Position numbers and translations under genes: made by a program. The notes beneath the pieces are model-generated. The model searched no databases. It was not told where the DNA came from and saw only the letters and a list, made by a program, of their open reading frames with translations. From positions 448,001 to 512,000 of the forward strand of contig CBDBBI010000010.1 of assembly GCA_965202625.1 (NCBI GenBank): a DNA stretch of 64,000 nucleotides. Direction: 5' to 3'. Every line of letters starts with the position of its first letter. Positions within the stretch are counted from its first letter, which is position 1. Origin of the DNA: a bacterium (GTDB taxonomy: Bacteria; UBA8248). Positions 50,908-61,180 of the stretch are shown in pieces.

Positions 50908-51519
50908 GTGCGCATCAAGGCCCGTTACTCTCATCTGAACGGCGAGGAATATCTGATCGTCCACCGCAATCAGTTGTGGGAAGAGATACAGGACGTGATT
51001 TCAGAGGTTGACGCGGAGGCTTGTCGGACCAAGATCTCCCGGGAAAAGACCATGCCGGGAAAGGTGCTGTTCTCGCCCGCCGACATGAACCGGGAGTTCA
51101 AAGATGGTCTTAAGGCGCACGGCTGGAGCGAGCGGAGAAACACGTTTTGGCTTGCGGCAGATGAAAAGCTCATGCGCGGCATTTATGGGTTGCCGGAAAG
51201 CGAGCAGAAACGCGCGATTGAGCAGGCGGGGCATGAACCGATCATGTCCTACAACCAGACGGATTTCGTGAAAGAGCGCGTCGCGGTAGAGGTTCAGTTT
51301 GGCAAGTACGCCTTCGTCGCGCACGACCTGTTCGTGAAGCATCTCAGCTTCTACGTTTCCGAAGTCATTGACGTAGGCGTCGAGATACTCCCCATGAAGG
51401 AACTAGAGCGGGAGATGTCCTCCGGCGTCGCTTACTATGAGCGGGATTTGCTGAACGTTCTACGCCAGGGCCGCGGAGTTCCTGCAGTTCCTCTGGTGCT
51501 CGTCGGAGTCGCGCCGTGA
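50908..51519 (+). CDS. BglII/BstYI family type II restriction endonuclease
   Basis: YSHLNG.E, QTDFVKERVAVEVQFGKY, MSSGVAYYE, GRGVPAVP; abuts the MTase stop. Confidence 0.9.
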   Translation: MRIKARYSHLNGEEYLIVHRNQLWEEIQDVISEVDAEACRTKISREKTMPGKVLFSPADMNREFKDGLKAHGWSERRNTFWLAADEKLMRGIYGLPESEQKRAIEQAGHEPIMSYNQTDFVKERVAVEVQFGKYAFVAHDLFVKHLSFYVSEVIDVGVEILPMKELEREMSSGVAYYERDLLNVLRQGRGVPAVPLVLVGVAP

Positions 51520-51582
51520 GGTGCGTTCCGATCGAGCCAAGCGGGGTAATGCCCCCTAAAGTCCACACGGTGCGCGGCGCTC

Positions 51583-52245
51583 CTATTCGCCGCCCTCCTG
51601 AAAGGCGATGCGCTCGCCGGGAGGTTCGACCACGAGATGGAGGGCCTCGGCGACGCGCCCCGTCAGATTCCACAGCCCGCAGATGAGGGTGAGGGAGACG
51701 AGCTGCTCCGTTCCGAAATGGCGCTTCATATCCGCAAACGCCGCATCGTCCTCCTTGGCCGTCAGGTTCGTCACCGCCTCCGCCCAGGCAATGACAGCCT
51801 TTTCCTTCGCGTTGAAAAGGGGACTCTCCCGCCAGCCGTTCTCTTCAAGCATGTTGATCTGCTCTTGCGTGACGCCTTGAGCCCGACCGAGCTCGACGTT
51901 GTGCCCGAGTCAGTTGTTGCACGCGGTCAAGATCGCCGTCTTGATGATAACGAGCTGGGCCATGCGCAGGTATTCGGGGTCGGTTTTCTGGTGTGCGACC
52001 CTGAGCTTGCCGTCCATGATCTGCCAACCCTCGACGAAGCCGGGCGCCCAGCCGAGCAGGCGCAAGAAACGCGAGACGCGCCCCCATCGCTTTCTGCCGC
52101 GCGCATAAAGGGGCGCGAGTTCGGCGATCAGGTGTTCAGGAATGTCGTCCGGATCGATCAAGGGCACGCGGGGCAGGGGGCAGCTCATCATCTCATCGGT
52201 GACGCCCATCCCCCGGGCGAGGCCCGTGGCTTCGTCTATCGGCAT
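51583..52245 (-). CDS. AhpD/carboxymuconolactone decarboxylase-like selenoprotein (CNNU), 220 aa
   Basis: ORFs 51910..52380 and 51583..51852 share a frame, joined by TGA at 51912-51910 in TAC-N-N-U-LGH; SECIS follows. Confidence 0.85.
51872..51899 (-). promoter_or_regulatory. Bacterial SECIS element
   Basis: ACGUC-GAGCUC-(GGUC)-GGGCUC-aa-GGCGU; 21 nt separate the UGA from the loop, which starts with G. Confidence 0.78.
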
Positions 52246-52471
52246 GGGGATTGTCCTTTCCTGAGGCGGGAGATTTGGGCGCGCTCGCGCAGGAGACAAT
52301 CCGCCATGAGCAAAAGCTATGCTCGCCGCCGCCAAACTGCGCACTTCTCCGCCGCCGTCGGCACCCCCATCACAACGCACAATGTGTGTTCATCTATATA
52401 TTGCTGCTGGTTTGTTTCTATTATACATTCAGTTTTCTCGCAAGCAATGAACCTCGACGCCGGACCAAAGG

Positions 52472-53746
52472 ATGAGGGTCATCATGTGGAGATGGAGAGT
52501 TTTCGCATTTTTCGTTGTCGCGGGCGTTCTTGTCGCTTGCGGCGACGAACACAACGATGAGGTCAGTGAAAGCAAAGTCATCCGGCCGGTGAACGCCATT
52601 GTGGTAAAGCCTGTTTCCCTCGAATTTCAGCGCAGCTATCCGGCCGTTGTGCTTCCTGCGCGGGAGGTGACTCTTTCCTTTCGCAATTCGGGCCGCATCA
52701 GAAAATTACCTGTGCGGGCGGCCACGCTGGTCAAGCGGGGCGAGTTGATAGCCCAGTTGGACACGCGCGACTATCGAACGATTGTCGGGCAACTAGAAAG
52801 CCAAAAGGCGCAGGCTGAGGCGCAACTGCGCTTGTTGCGAAGCGGTGCGCGATTCGAGGATATTTCCGCTCTGGAGGCTGAGCTGCGGGCCGCGCGGGCG
52901 CAGGTAAATGCGGCGCGAGAGCAGGTGAAAAGAACCAAAACCCTGTTGAAGCAGGGTATTGTTTCACAAGTCGGGCTGGACAAGGACGAGACCGCACTGG
53001 CGGTAGCGGAAGCCAACTTGAGGGTAAGTCAGGCAAAGCTCAACAAGGGCAGGGCCGGCGCCCGATTGGAGGAGATCGAAGCGCAAAAAGCAGCCATCGC
53101 AGGACTTGACGCGCGGCTGCAAGCGGCTCGCGCGGATTTGGCCGACACGACTCTGCGGGCTCCCTTCGATGGGATCATTGCGCGCCGGCTGGTTGACAAT
53201 TTCACCAATGTCCAGGCGAAGGACCCGATTGTCCTGTTGCAGGAACTCGCCACGCTGGAACTCGGATTTGACGCGCCTGGGCCGGATGTGGCCCGCTTCG
53301 GTAAAGCGAAAAACGTAGTGCTGACGGCATCGCTTGACGCTCTGCCGGGCGAGGAATTCGAAGCAAAACTGGTGGAATTTTCGACGCAAGCCAATTCCGC
53401 CACACTGACCTATCGGGGCCGTGTGTCAATCGGACGGCCTGAAGGCGCAACCATTTTGCCCGGCATGGTGGGCTCCGTAAATATTGCGCAAAAGGCGATA
53501 TCCGGTGGCGGCATTGTGGTGCCAATCACCTCCGTTGTGTCAAAAGCGGACGGCGCTCCCTTCGTCTGGGTGATTGCGGCCGGAAGCGGCGCGGTCGAGA
53601 AACGGCCGGTGCGGACGGGTGAGGCGATGGGAGCGAAAATCAGAATCCTGAGCGGTTTGTCGCCCAGAGATGTCATAGCGGTGGCGGGACTGTCGCGCTT
53701 GCTTCCGGGAATGGTCGTCCGCCCCGTCATCGATGGCGGGCGCTGA
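52472..53746 (+). CDS. RND efflux periplasmic adaptor subunit
   Basis: Lipobox LVA-C, LSFRNSGRI, coiled hairpin, LRAPFDG, PGM. Confidence 0.93.
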   Translation: MRVIMWRWRVFAFFVVAGVLVACGDEHNDEVSESKVIRPVNAIVVKPVSLEFQRSYPAVVLPAREVTLSFRNSGRIRKLPVRAATLVKRGELIAQLDTRDYRTIVGQLESQKAQAEAQLRLLRSGARFEDISALEAELRAARAQVNAAREQVKRTKTLLKQGIVSQVGLDKDETALAVAEANLRVSQAKLNKGRAGARLEEIEAQKAAIAGLDARLQAARADLADTTLRAPFDGIIARRLVDNFTNVQAKDPIVLLQELATLELGFDAPGPDVARFGKAKNVVLTASLDALPGEEFEAKLVEFSTQANSATLTYRGRVSIGRPEGATILPGMVGSVNIAQKAISGGGIVVPITSVVSKADGAPFVWVIAAGSGAVEKRPVRTGEAMGAKIRILSGLSPRDVIAVAGLSRLLPGMVVRPVIDGGR

Positions 53747-53748
53747 TA

Positions 53749-56700
53749 GTGATGGACCTCGCTAGATTCGCGATGGAAAAGCGCCTGATCAGCGCGCTTT
53801 TTACATTCCTGATTTTGGGGGGTGGATACTACGGCTACAAAAACTTGCCGCGCTTCGAGGACCCCGAATTCATGATTCGCCAAGCCCAGATCATCACGCC
53901 CTACGAGGGTGCGAACGCCGAGGAAGTTGCTGAGGAGGTAACCGAGGTCATCGAGGGCGCCATTCAGCAAATCGCGGGTGTCAAGGAAATCAAATCGCTT
54001 TCATCTATCGGGCTATCGGAGGCCAGAGTCGAATTCTCCATTGCATCGACGAAGAGTCGACTCGCTCTGCAGCAGAAATTCACGCAACTGCGCGCCAAAA
54101 TCTCCGATACGCAAAGTCGCTTGCCGCCAAACGCGGGCCCCGCCGTGGTCCATGATGACTTTGGGGATGTCTACGGACTTTATTTCGCCATAACCGGAGA
54201 TGGCTATTCCCTCTCGCAGCTGAATGATTACGCCAAAGCACTCCAGCGAGAACTTGTGCTCGTCCCCGGTGTTTCCAAGGTGGTTTTGAGCGGCGCGGCA
54301 CAGGAAGTCATTTATGTAGAATATGCTCCCACCCGGCTCTTCGGCCTTGGCCTGTTGCCGGAGCAGGTAGCGCAAGCGTTGAAGGGCCAAAATCTCATCG
54401 CCTCTGCGGGCGCTGCGCCAGCGGGGGACCTGCGTCTGGCGATACGCCCGGAATCAGCCATTGATTCGGTGGAGGCGATTGAGGGTCTCGTCATTGCGGA
54501 TCCCGCATCGGGCAGGGTCCATCGGCTTCGGGATGTTGCGAACGTTATCCGTGGCCAGAAAGAACCGGCGTGGCTGCGTTTTTTCCGCAACGGGCAACCG
54601 GCGGTCGTCATGGGCGTTTCCGGCATTCTGGGTGGAAACGTCGTGCGTATGGGCGATGACGTCAAGGTGCGAATGGCGGAACTGATCGGTGATAGACCGA
54701 TTGGGATCGACGTCACGCCGATCTCCGATCAAGGGGAGACGGTGCGCGTCTCGGTAAACGGCTTTGTCAGCAACGTGCTCCTCGCTCTGGCCATCGTGGT
54801 GGGCACTTTATTGGTCTTCATGGGCTTGCGTTCCGGTATTCTGATGGGCGGCATTCTGCTGGTGACCGTCGCCGCGACGCTGTTCGGTATGTATGTTTTC
54901 GGCCTGCACATGCAGCGCGTTTCCCTCGGTGCGCTGATCATCGCGCTCGGAATTTTGGTGGACAACGCCATCGTCGTTGTAGAGGGGACGCTGGTGCAGG
55001 TGCATCAGGGCGAGGATGCGACCTCCGCGGCATCCGCGATCGTCCACAAGACCAAGTGGCCGCTCCTGGGCGGGACGATCGTCGGTTTCCTCGCCTTCTC
55101 TCCCATCGGCTTCTCGCCCGACAACACCGGCGAATATGCGGGTTCGCTGTTTTGGACCATCACCATCGCGTTGGTGTTTTCTTGGTTGATAGCGATCTGG
55201 CTAACGCCCTATTTCTGCACGTTGTTGCTTATGCCGAAACCGATGGACGATAACACGCCCAAGCCGGGGGAGGGCTTCATTCTGCGCGGCTACCGACGCT
55301 TTCTCGAGGGGGTTCTACGGTTCCGCTGGATCACAATGGCGCTGGTCGCGGTTGCCCTGACTTTCGCCGTTGCCTTGTTCGGCCTCGTGCGGCCGGGCTT
55401 TTTCCCCGCATCGACGCGCGCGCAGTTAGTGGTCGATTATTTGGTGCCTGAAGGCACGGATATCGACCGCACGACGGCCGACGTGACCGAGATAGCAGCC
55501 TGGGTCCGGAATCAGGAAGGGGTGAGGGGGACCAACACCGTAGTGGGCGGAGGCCATCTTCGCTTCATGTTGACCTATTCCGCAGAAAGCGCCAGCCCTT
55601 CCTACGGCCAGATACTCGTGGACGTCGCCGATTCTACAGCTATCGAGCCTCTGCTGCCGCTCATTCTCGAGCACATCGAACAAAAATATCCCGACGCTGG
55701 CGCCAAGGTCTGGAAATTCAGCCTCGGCCCCGGTGGCGGATCGAAAATTGAGGCGCGCTTCACCGGCCCGGAGCCGACTATGCTCAGAGGTCTTGCCGAA
55801 CGGGCCAGCGCGATCTTTGCAAAAGAGGGCGCAGTCGGCGTCAAGGATGACTGGCGCAGCATGGTCCGGGTGGTGCGGCCGCGGATCAGTCAGCCGAACG
55901 CTAAGCGGCTGGGGTTGAGCCAAAATGATATTTCCAAGGCGTTCGCCGGGAATTTTGATGGGACAATCATCGGTTTCTATCGCGAGGCAGACGAGTTGCG
56001 GCAGATCATCATGCGGCCAACCAAGAGCAACCGCGATGATGTGGCCGATTTGAACGGTGTCCAGATATTCAGCCCCGTGACCGGAAAATACGTGCCGGTG
56101 AGCCAGGTTGTCGACGCTTTCGACGTGGTATTCGAGAACGGCCGCCTGCGCCGCGTCGACCGTTCGTTGTCAATCACCGCGCAGGCCGACCCGCCGCTCG
56201 GCGTGCTCGCGAGTGATCTTTTTGCCCGTGTTCGACCAAGGATCGAGGCCATTGAACTACCGCCGGGATATCGCCTGCAATGGGACGGCGAATACGGGGC
56301 CAGCCAGGAGGCCAACAGCGGCCTGGCGTCCACCATGCCCTTCGGTTTCGGCGCCATGGTCGTCGTCGTTTTCCTGCTTTTCAACGCCGTGCGCCAGCCG
56401 CTCATCATCTGGCTGACGGTGCCGCTCGCCTTCGTCGGCGTGATTTACGGCCTTATCCTGACCGACACGCCGCTGGAATTCATGGCGATACTGGGCGTTC
56501 TCAGCCTGACCGGCATGTTGATCAAGAACGCCATCGTCCTGATCGATCAAATCGACGCGGAAATCGCTGAAGGCAAAGCGCGCATGACCGCCATCGTGGA
56601 CGCCGCAGTCAGCCGCGCCCGGCCGGTCGTGCTTGCCGCGCTGACCACGATACTCGGCGTGGTTCCCTTGCTGTGGGATCCGTTCTTCAAGAGCCTCGCT

Positions 56701-56808
56701 ATTGTCATCATCTGTGGTCTGTCCTTCGCCACCGTGCTGACACTGCTCATCGTGCCGACGTTCTATGCCACTTTCTTCCGCGTGGGCGGCGGAGAGACGT
56801 GGAAGTAG
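53749..56808 (+). CDS. RND efflux permease (AcrB/AcrD/AcrF family)
   Basis: 1019 aa, GILVDNAIVVVE, GMLIKNAIVL, RARPVVL. Confidence 0.95.
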   Translation: MMDLARFAMEKRLISALFTFLILGGGYYGYKNLPRFEDPEFMIRQAQIITPYEGANAEEVAEEVTEVIEGAIQQIAGVKEIKSLSSIGLSEARVEFSIASTKSRLALQQKFTQLRAKISDTQSRLPPNAGPAVVHDDFGDVYGLYFAITGDGYSLSQLNDYAKALQRELVLVPGVSKVVLSGAAQEVIYVEYAPTRLFGLGLLPEQVAQALKGQNLIASAGAAPAGDLRLAIRPESAIDSVEAIEGLVIADPASGRVHRLRDVANVIRGQKEPAWLRFFRNGQPAVVMGVSGILGGNVVRMGDDVKVRMAELIGDRPIGIDVTPISDQGETVRVSVNGFVSNVLLALAIVVGTLLVFMGLRSGILMGGILLVTVAATLFGMYVFGLHMQRVSLGALIIALGILVDNAIVVVEGTLVQVHQGEDATSAASAIVHKTKWPLLGGTIVGFLAFSPIGFSPDNTGEYAGSLFWTITIALVFSWLIAIWLTPYFCTLLLMPKPMDDNTPKPGEGFILRGYRRFLEGVLRFRWITMALVAVALTFAVALFGLVRPGFFPASTRAQLVVDYLVPEGTDIDRTTADVTEIAAWVRNQEGVRGTNTVVGGGHLRFMLTYSAESASPSYGQILVDVADSTAIEPLLPLILEHIEQKYPDAGAKVWKFSLGPGGGSKIEARFTGPEPTMLRGLAERASAIFAKEGAVGVKDDWRSMVRVVRPRISQPNAKRLGLSQNDISKAFAGNFDGTIIGFYREADELRQIIMRPTKSNRDDVADLNGVQIFSPVTGKYVPVSQVVDAFDVVFENGRLRRVDRSLSITAQADPPLGVLASDLFARVRPRIEAIELPPGYRLQWDGEYGASQEANSGLASTMPFGFGAMVVVVFLLFNAVRQPLIIWLTVPLAFVGVIYGLILTDTPLEFMAILGVLSLTGMLIKNAIVLIDQIDAEIAEGKARMTAIVDAAVSRARPVVLAALTTILGVVPLLWDPFFKSLAIVIICGLSFATVLTLLIVPTFYATFFRVGGGETWK

Positions 56809-56924
56809 GTTTACGGGAAAGAACTTCAAAACTGGCAATCCATGAGAACAAACCCGTGAGAGCGGCCGAATTTCTGCCATCATCCTGCAATTGCAAAAAC
56901 GGGTTCGAGAACTTCGAGCTGACG

Positions 56925-57060
56925 CCCGACTGAGCAGGCCCAAAAAGCGCGAGACTTTCCCCCAGTGCCTCTTTGCCGCGCGCATACAAAGGCGCGCTCA
57001 TAGGTCAAATGTTCCGGCATGTCGTCCGGATCGATCAAGGGCGCGCGGGGAAGGAGAGTG
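56925..57060 (-). pseudogene. Decayed 5' fragment paralogous to the AhpD-like selenoprotein gene
   Basis: PRAPLIDPDDMPEHL / APLYARG / KRHWGKVSRFLGLL over three frames; shares ATGTCGTCCGGATCGATCAAGGGC with 52142-52165. Confidence 0.8.
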
Positions 57061-57519
57061 ATTTTTACCGTGTTCCCAACCGTTTGCACGTCCCGAGGAT
57101 GATCTATATCTTCCCACATGAGCGAACCGTCGCTACGCCGTGTGGATGCACCTTAGAGAAACCTTCCCGTCTTTACTGGAGAACGACTCCGGCGGCGTCT
57201 CGTTTTAGGGCGGAGCTCTTCACTTCATGATGCGGAAGAAGGCATCGAGCAGAGGAAGGAGGAGAAGAGCCATGGTTGCCTTGCCGGACACGCAAGAAGT
57301 CGGGGGACGCCGATCCCTTCATGGATGGGAAGGAATCCCGTGGCCGTCGCATAGGCGAGAAACAGTAAAAAGTAAGTGGGAAATAATAAAAATAAGAGAG
57401 ATAGAATATGGTTTATAAATTCAATATAACAAATTGATAAATTGCTGTTTATGAGTTTTCGACATACGCCTTTTGTGTTCTTGTTACTGGTGCGTGCGAG
57501 AGGGGGCGATGCGTCCTCC

Positions 57520-58743
57520 TCATGCCGGCATCACCTTGGGATGTTCCAGCATGTCCTTGAGCGTGGCGAGGAACTCGGCTGCCGGCGCGCCGTCGACGAG
57601 GCGGTGGTCGGCGTTGACCCCGATGTATGCTGTCGTTCGGGGCACGACCTCGCCCGCGCGCACCACGGCGCGCTCTCGCGCTGCGCCCACGGAGAGGATA
57701 GCGGATTCAGGGTGGTTGATAATGGCGCTGAAGTGATCGACCCCGTAGGCGCCCAGGTTCGATACCGTGAAGGTGCCGCCCTCCAGCGAGTCGGGCCCCA
57801 GGGCGCCCGCGCGGGCCGCCTCGGCCAGCGATCTTGACTCGCGCGAGATGGCGTCGATGGATTTCTGGTCCGCTCCCCTGATGACGGGCACCATCAGCCC
57901 CCCATCGACCGCGACGGCCACCCCGATGTTCACGTCTCGCATCTGCTCCAAGGTGCCTTCGCCCAGACGGACGTTCACGGCCGGACAACGGCGCACGGCG
58001 CGGGCGGTGTAGAAGATAATGAGGTCGTTGATGGATACCTTCACTCCCAGGTCGCTTTCCCAAGCTTGGCGGCTGGCCTCGCGCACAGCGAGAAGGTTGG
58101 TGAGGTCCACCTCGGCCTGCATGGTGATGCGTGGCGCCTGGGACCAGCTGTGGAGCATCCGATCCGCGATGATCTTCCGCATACCGGCCAGGGGAATGGC
58201 ACTGGCCACGAACGCAAGGTCGCTCCCTGCGGCCGGTTCGGCCAGGATGCCCGCTTCCGCCGCCGCTCTCACGTCGGCTTGTATGATTCTGCCGCCAGGG
58301 CCTGATCCTTTGAGGGTGCGAAAATCGACTCTTAACTCACGAGCTACGCGCCTAGCGGCTGGGCTGGCGAATATCCGGCCCGCAGGCGTGGACCTTAGCG
58401 CCTCGGGCGCGGACGTCGCCCGCGTGGATGGCGGACTCGCCTGCGTGTCCCTGGCGCTGGGCCCGGCTTTGGCTGCGGCGTTTTCAAATTTACTGATGTC
58501 CTCTCCCGCCGCGCCGATGACAGCGATATTCACGCCGCAGGAGACGACGTCGCCTTCTCCCGCCAACGTTTTGAGCAGGAGGCCCCCACCTGGCGATTCG
58601 ACCTCGTATTCGACCTTGTCGGTCTGAATGTCGAGAATGATCTCGCCTTTTTCGATCGCTTCACCTTCACCCTTACGCCATTTGAGAATACTACCTTCTT
58701 CCATCGTGAGACCGAGTTTGGGCATCGGGAGTGGGATGGCCAT
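57520..58743 (-). CDS. Dihydrolipoamide acyltransferase (E2) family protein
   Basis: Lipoyl TDKV, ASPAARR..GSGPGGRI, TFTVSNLG, DHRLVDG. Confidence 0.95.
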   Translation of the reverse strand: MAIPLPMPKLGLTMEEGSILKWRKGEGEAIEKGEIILDIQTDKVEYEVESPGGGLLLKTLAGEGDVVSCGVNIAVIGAAGEDISKFENAAAKAGPSARDTQASPPSTRATSAPEALRSTPAGRIFASPAARRVARELRVDFRTLKGSGPGGRIIQADVRAAAEAGILAEPAAGSDLAFVASAIPLAGMRKIIADRMLHSWSQAPRITMQAEVDLTNLLAVREASRQAWESDLGVKVSINDLIIFYTARAVRRCPAVNVRLGEGTLEQMRDVNIGVAVAVDGGLMVPVIRGADQKSIDAISRESRSLAEAARAGALGPDSLEGGTFTVSNLGAYGVDHFSAIINHPESAILSVGAARERAVVRAGEVVPRTTAYIGVNADHRLVDGAPAAEFLATLKDMLEHPKVMPA

Positions 58744-59221
58744 GTTTCTTCTTACTCCTCATCATCCGGGTGATGAAATGTCGCAAAACTACTTTAAGTA
58801 TACCATGTGCGCCGGCGATTACGTTATTTGGTGCAGACGCACTCAATGGAGGTGCCTATGTAGTCAAAGACCTCCCTAACCACCAAGGCGGCGACTTCCG
58901 TTCCCCAGCCGCAGCGTTGCATTGCCTCCGAGCCTGAGTATGCGTTTATGATTCTTGTTAAACGAGGTCAGATGCTCGCGTATTAATGAGGGGCAAGTGC
59001 GCTTTTTTGAGGCGAGTTTCTCGCACCGCTTTTCCAAAGATGCCGCGCAAGGTCGCTTCCCCGTCTGGTTTGCTCTTCCGTATTTTTGTCTACTCTATTT
59101 GATGAAATCTAGCACTTGCCATGCCTTTGGGCAAGAATGCTTCCACACGGGGTCAAGAATATATTGCGCTTGCGCTTTGCTCGAATGTCGATTAGAGTAT
59201 TAGTGATTTTCATTGTTCAGT

Positions 59222-59250
59222 AAGTGGGTCAATTGATGACCCACTTTTTT
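59222..59250 (+). promoter_or_regulatory. rimP leader hairpin, terminator-like
   Basis: AAGTGGGTCA-attga-TGACCCACTT plus T-run just upstream of rimP. Confidence 0.7.
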
Positions 59251-59275
59251 GTTCTCCTTTGAAATAGAGATTGTT

Positions 59276-59773
59276 GTGATAATTGATGTCGATGGTGAGA
59301 TCTGGATGACCGTCCATGAAGTAGTTGGCGACCTTGGACTTGAATTGCTTGATATCGAACTGGCCGAAAACCGAAGCGAGCGTCTCATTCGGGTGTATAT
59401 TGAAAAACCAGAAGGCATTCTCCTGTCTGACTGCGTGGCTGTCAGCCGAGCACTCGAAGAGTGTTTCGATAGAGAAAATATAATCAAAAATTCGTATCGC
59501 CTTGAAGTATCAAGTCCTGGCATGGAAAGGCCCCTGCGGAGAATGCGGGATTTTGAACGCTACGTTGGACGCGAGGTGCGAATGCGCTTGAAAGGGCAGC
59601 GAAAAAAAGAGAAGAGGCGCATTTCAGGGAAGTTAATTGGGGTTGATGAAAACATCGTCCAGGTGCTTCTAAGGAGTGGGGAGAAGGCGTCATTTTCATT
59701 GGTGGATATTGCAAAAGCGAACCTAGAGGTGGATTGGGAAGCGGAATTCCAAAGAGCGGGGGGATGGGGGTAG
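59276..59773 (+). CDS. rimP: Ribosome maturation factor RimP
   Basis: IRVYIEK, DCVAVSR, YRLEVSSPGMERPL; upstream of nusA; start uncertain. Confidence 0.93.
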   Translation: MIIDVDGEIWMTVHEVVGDLGLELLDIELAENRSERLIRVYIEKPEGILLSDCVAVSRALEECFDRENIIKNSYRLEVSSPGMERPLRRMRDFERYVGREVRMRLKGQRKKEKRRISGKLIGVDENIVQVLLRSGEKASFSLVDIAKANLEVDWEAEFQRAGGWG

Positions 59774-59811
59774 CGTTCATGCATCCATGTCCATGATGGA
59801 GGAGTAGTTTT

Positions 59812-61158
59812 GTGAGTGAAGAATTGATTGCTGTTCTGACGCAACTAGAACGCGAGCGAGGCGTCACCAAGGACATCCTCCTTGATACCCTGAAGGTCGC
59901 CATGGCGTCAGCCGCCAAGAAACAATACGGCTTGGGTAAAAACATAGACGTCTCATTTGACGAGCAAACCGGCGAAATCGGCGTCAAGGCGGCAAAAGAG
60001 GTGGTGAGAATTATTCAAAATCCCCAGAATGAGATACTTTTGGATGAAGCACGCAAAGAAAACCCTGATATTCAGGTTGGGGATTTTCTTTCCCAAGGTG
60101 TCGAAACTGAGGGTCTAGGCAGGGTGGCTACGCAAATCGCCAAGCAAGTGATATTGCAGCGAGTCCGGGAGGCCGAGCGCGCAAACATTTACCAGGAATT
60201 CAAGGATCGTGCAGGGGATTTGATTACGGGTTCTGTCTCACAGGTGGAGCGCGGCAACATTTATGTGGATATTGGACGTACGGAGGCACTCCTCCCTCGT
60301 CGAGAGCAAATTTTCAGGGAAGTGTATAAGCGTGGAGACCGCATTCGCGCCTATGTCATGGAAGTCCGGGAAATAACGAAGGGCCCCCAAATTATTCTTA
60401 GCAGGACGCATCCGGGCCTGCTCATTCGTCTGTTTGAGATGGAGGTTCCTGAAGTTTACGATGGAATAGTGGCCATAAAAGGATGTGTCCGAGAGCCGAG
60501 CGGGCGTTCAAAAGTTTCGGTCGTGAGTCATGAGCGGGATATTGATCCTGTTGGTGCTTGTGTGGGAACGAGAGGCAGTCGTGTGCAATCGATTGTTCAG
60601 GAACTGAGAGGAGAGAAGATTGATATCATTGCTTGGAGTGATGATATACGCACGTATGCGGCGAATGCGCTCAGTCCTGCCAAAATACAACACATTGCCT
60701 TGTTTGAGGATGAACGTCGAATAGAAGTGCTAGTGCCTGATGATCAGCTTTCTTTGGCCATAGGGAAAGGCGGGCAAAATGTTCGCTTGGCAGCGAAACT
60801 CTTAGGCTGGAAAATTGATCTACAAGGGGAGGGTGAGTATCGGCGAATTATTGCTGAGCAGGCATTTTCAAGTGACCAGGGTCAAGAGAAGAAGGCGACG
60901 AGCACGATAGAGCAGGACGAAGGTGTTCAAACAACAGAGTCTGATGAAGATTCCCCGGGTGAGTTGGTGGAGCTAGAACTCGTTGGTGAGAAAATGGCGC
61001 GGCTTTTAGCGGATAATGGTTTTTCTACTATCGTGGCAATTAGTGCGGCGTCGACGGAAGAGTTGTGCCAGGTTCCCGGAATAGGACCAAAGCGTGCTGA
61101 ATTGCTTATTGAAGCGGCCCAATCGCATAAAGCGTCTGCTGGCTCAAGGCTTGAATAG
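59812..61158 (+). CDS. nusA: Transcription termination factor NusA
   Basis: AKQVILQRVREAER, DPVGACVG, LSLAIGKGGQNVRLAAKL. Confidence 0.97.
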   Translation: MSEELIAVLTQLERERGVTKDILLDTLKVAMASAAKKQYGLGKNIDVSFDEQTGEIGVKAAKEVVRIIQNPQNEILLDEARKENPDIQVGDFLSQGVETEGLGRVATQIAKQVILQRVREAERANIYQEFKDRAGDLITGSVSQVERGNIYVDIGRTEALLPRREQIFREVYKRGDRIRAYVMEVREITKGPQIILSRTHPGLLIRLFEMEVPEVYDGIVAIKGCVREPSGRSKVSVVSHERDIDPVGACVGTRGSRVQSIVQELRGEKIDIIAWSDDIRTYAANALSPAKIQHIALFEDERRIEVLVPDDQLSLAIGKGGQNVRLAAKLLGWKIDLQGEGEYRRIIAEQAFSSDQGQEKKATSTIEQDEGVQTTESDEDSPGELVELELVGEKMARLLADNGFSTIVAISAASTEELCQVPGIGPKRAELLIEAAQSHKASAGSRLE

Positions 61159-61180
61159 ATGCAAAGCGATCTACAGCATA

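Noticed and set aside
57350-57470. AT-rich stretch as an island attachment site or origin
   Set aside because: No matching repeat, tRNA, integrase or DnaA-box cluster seen
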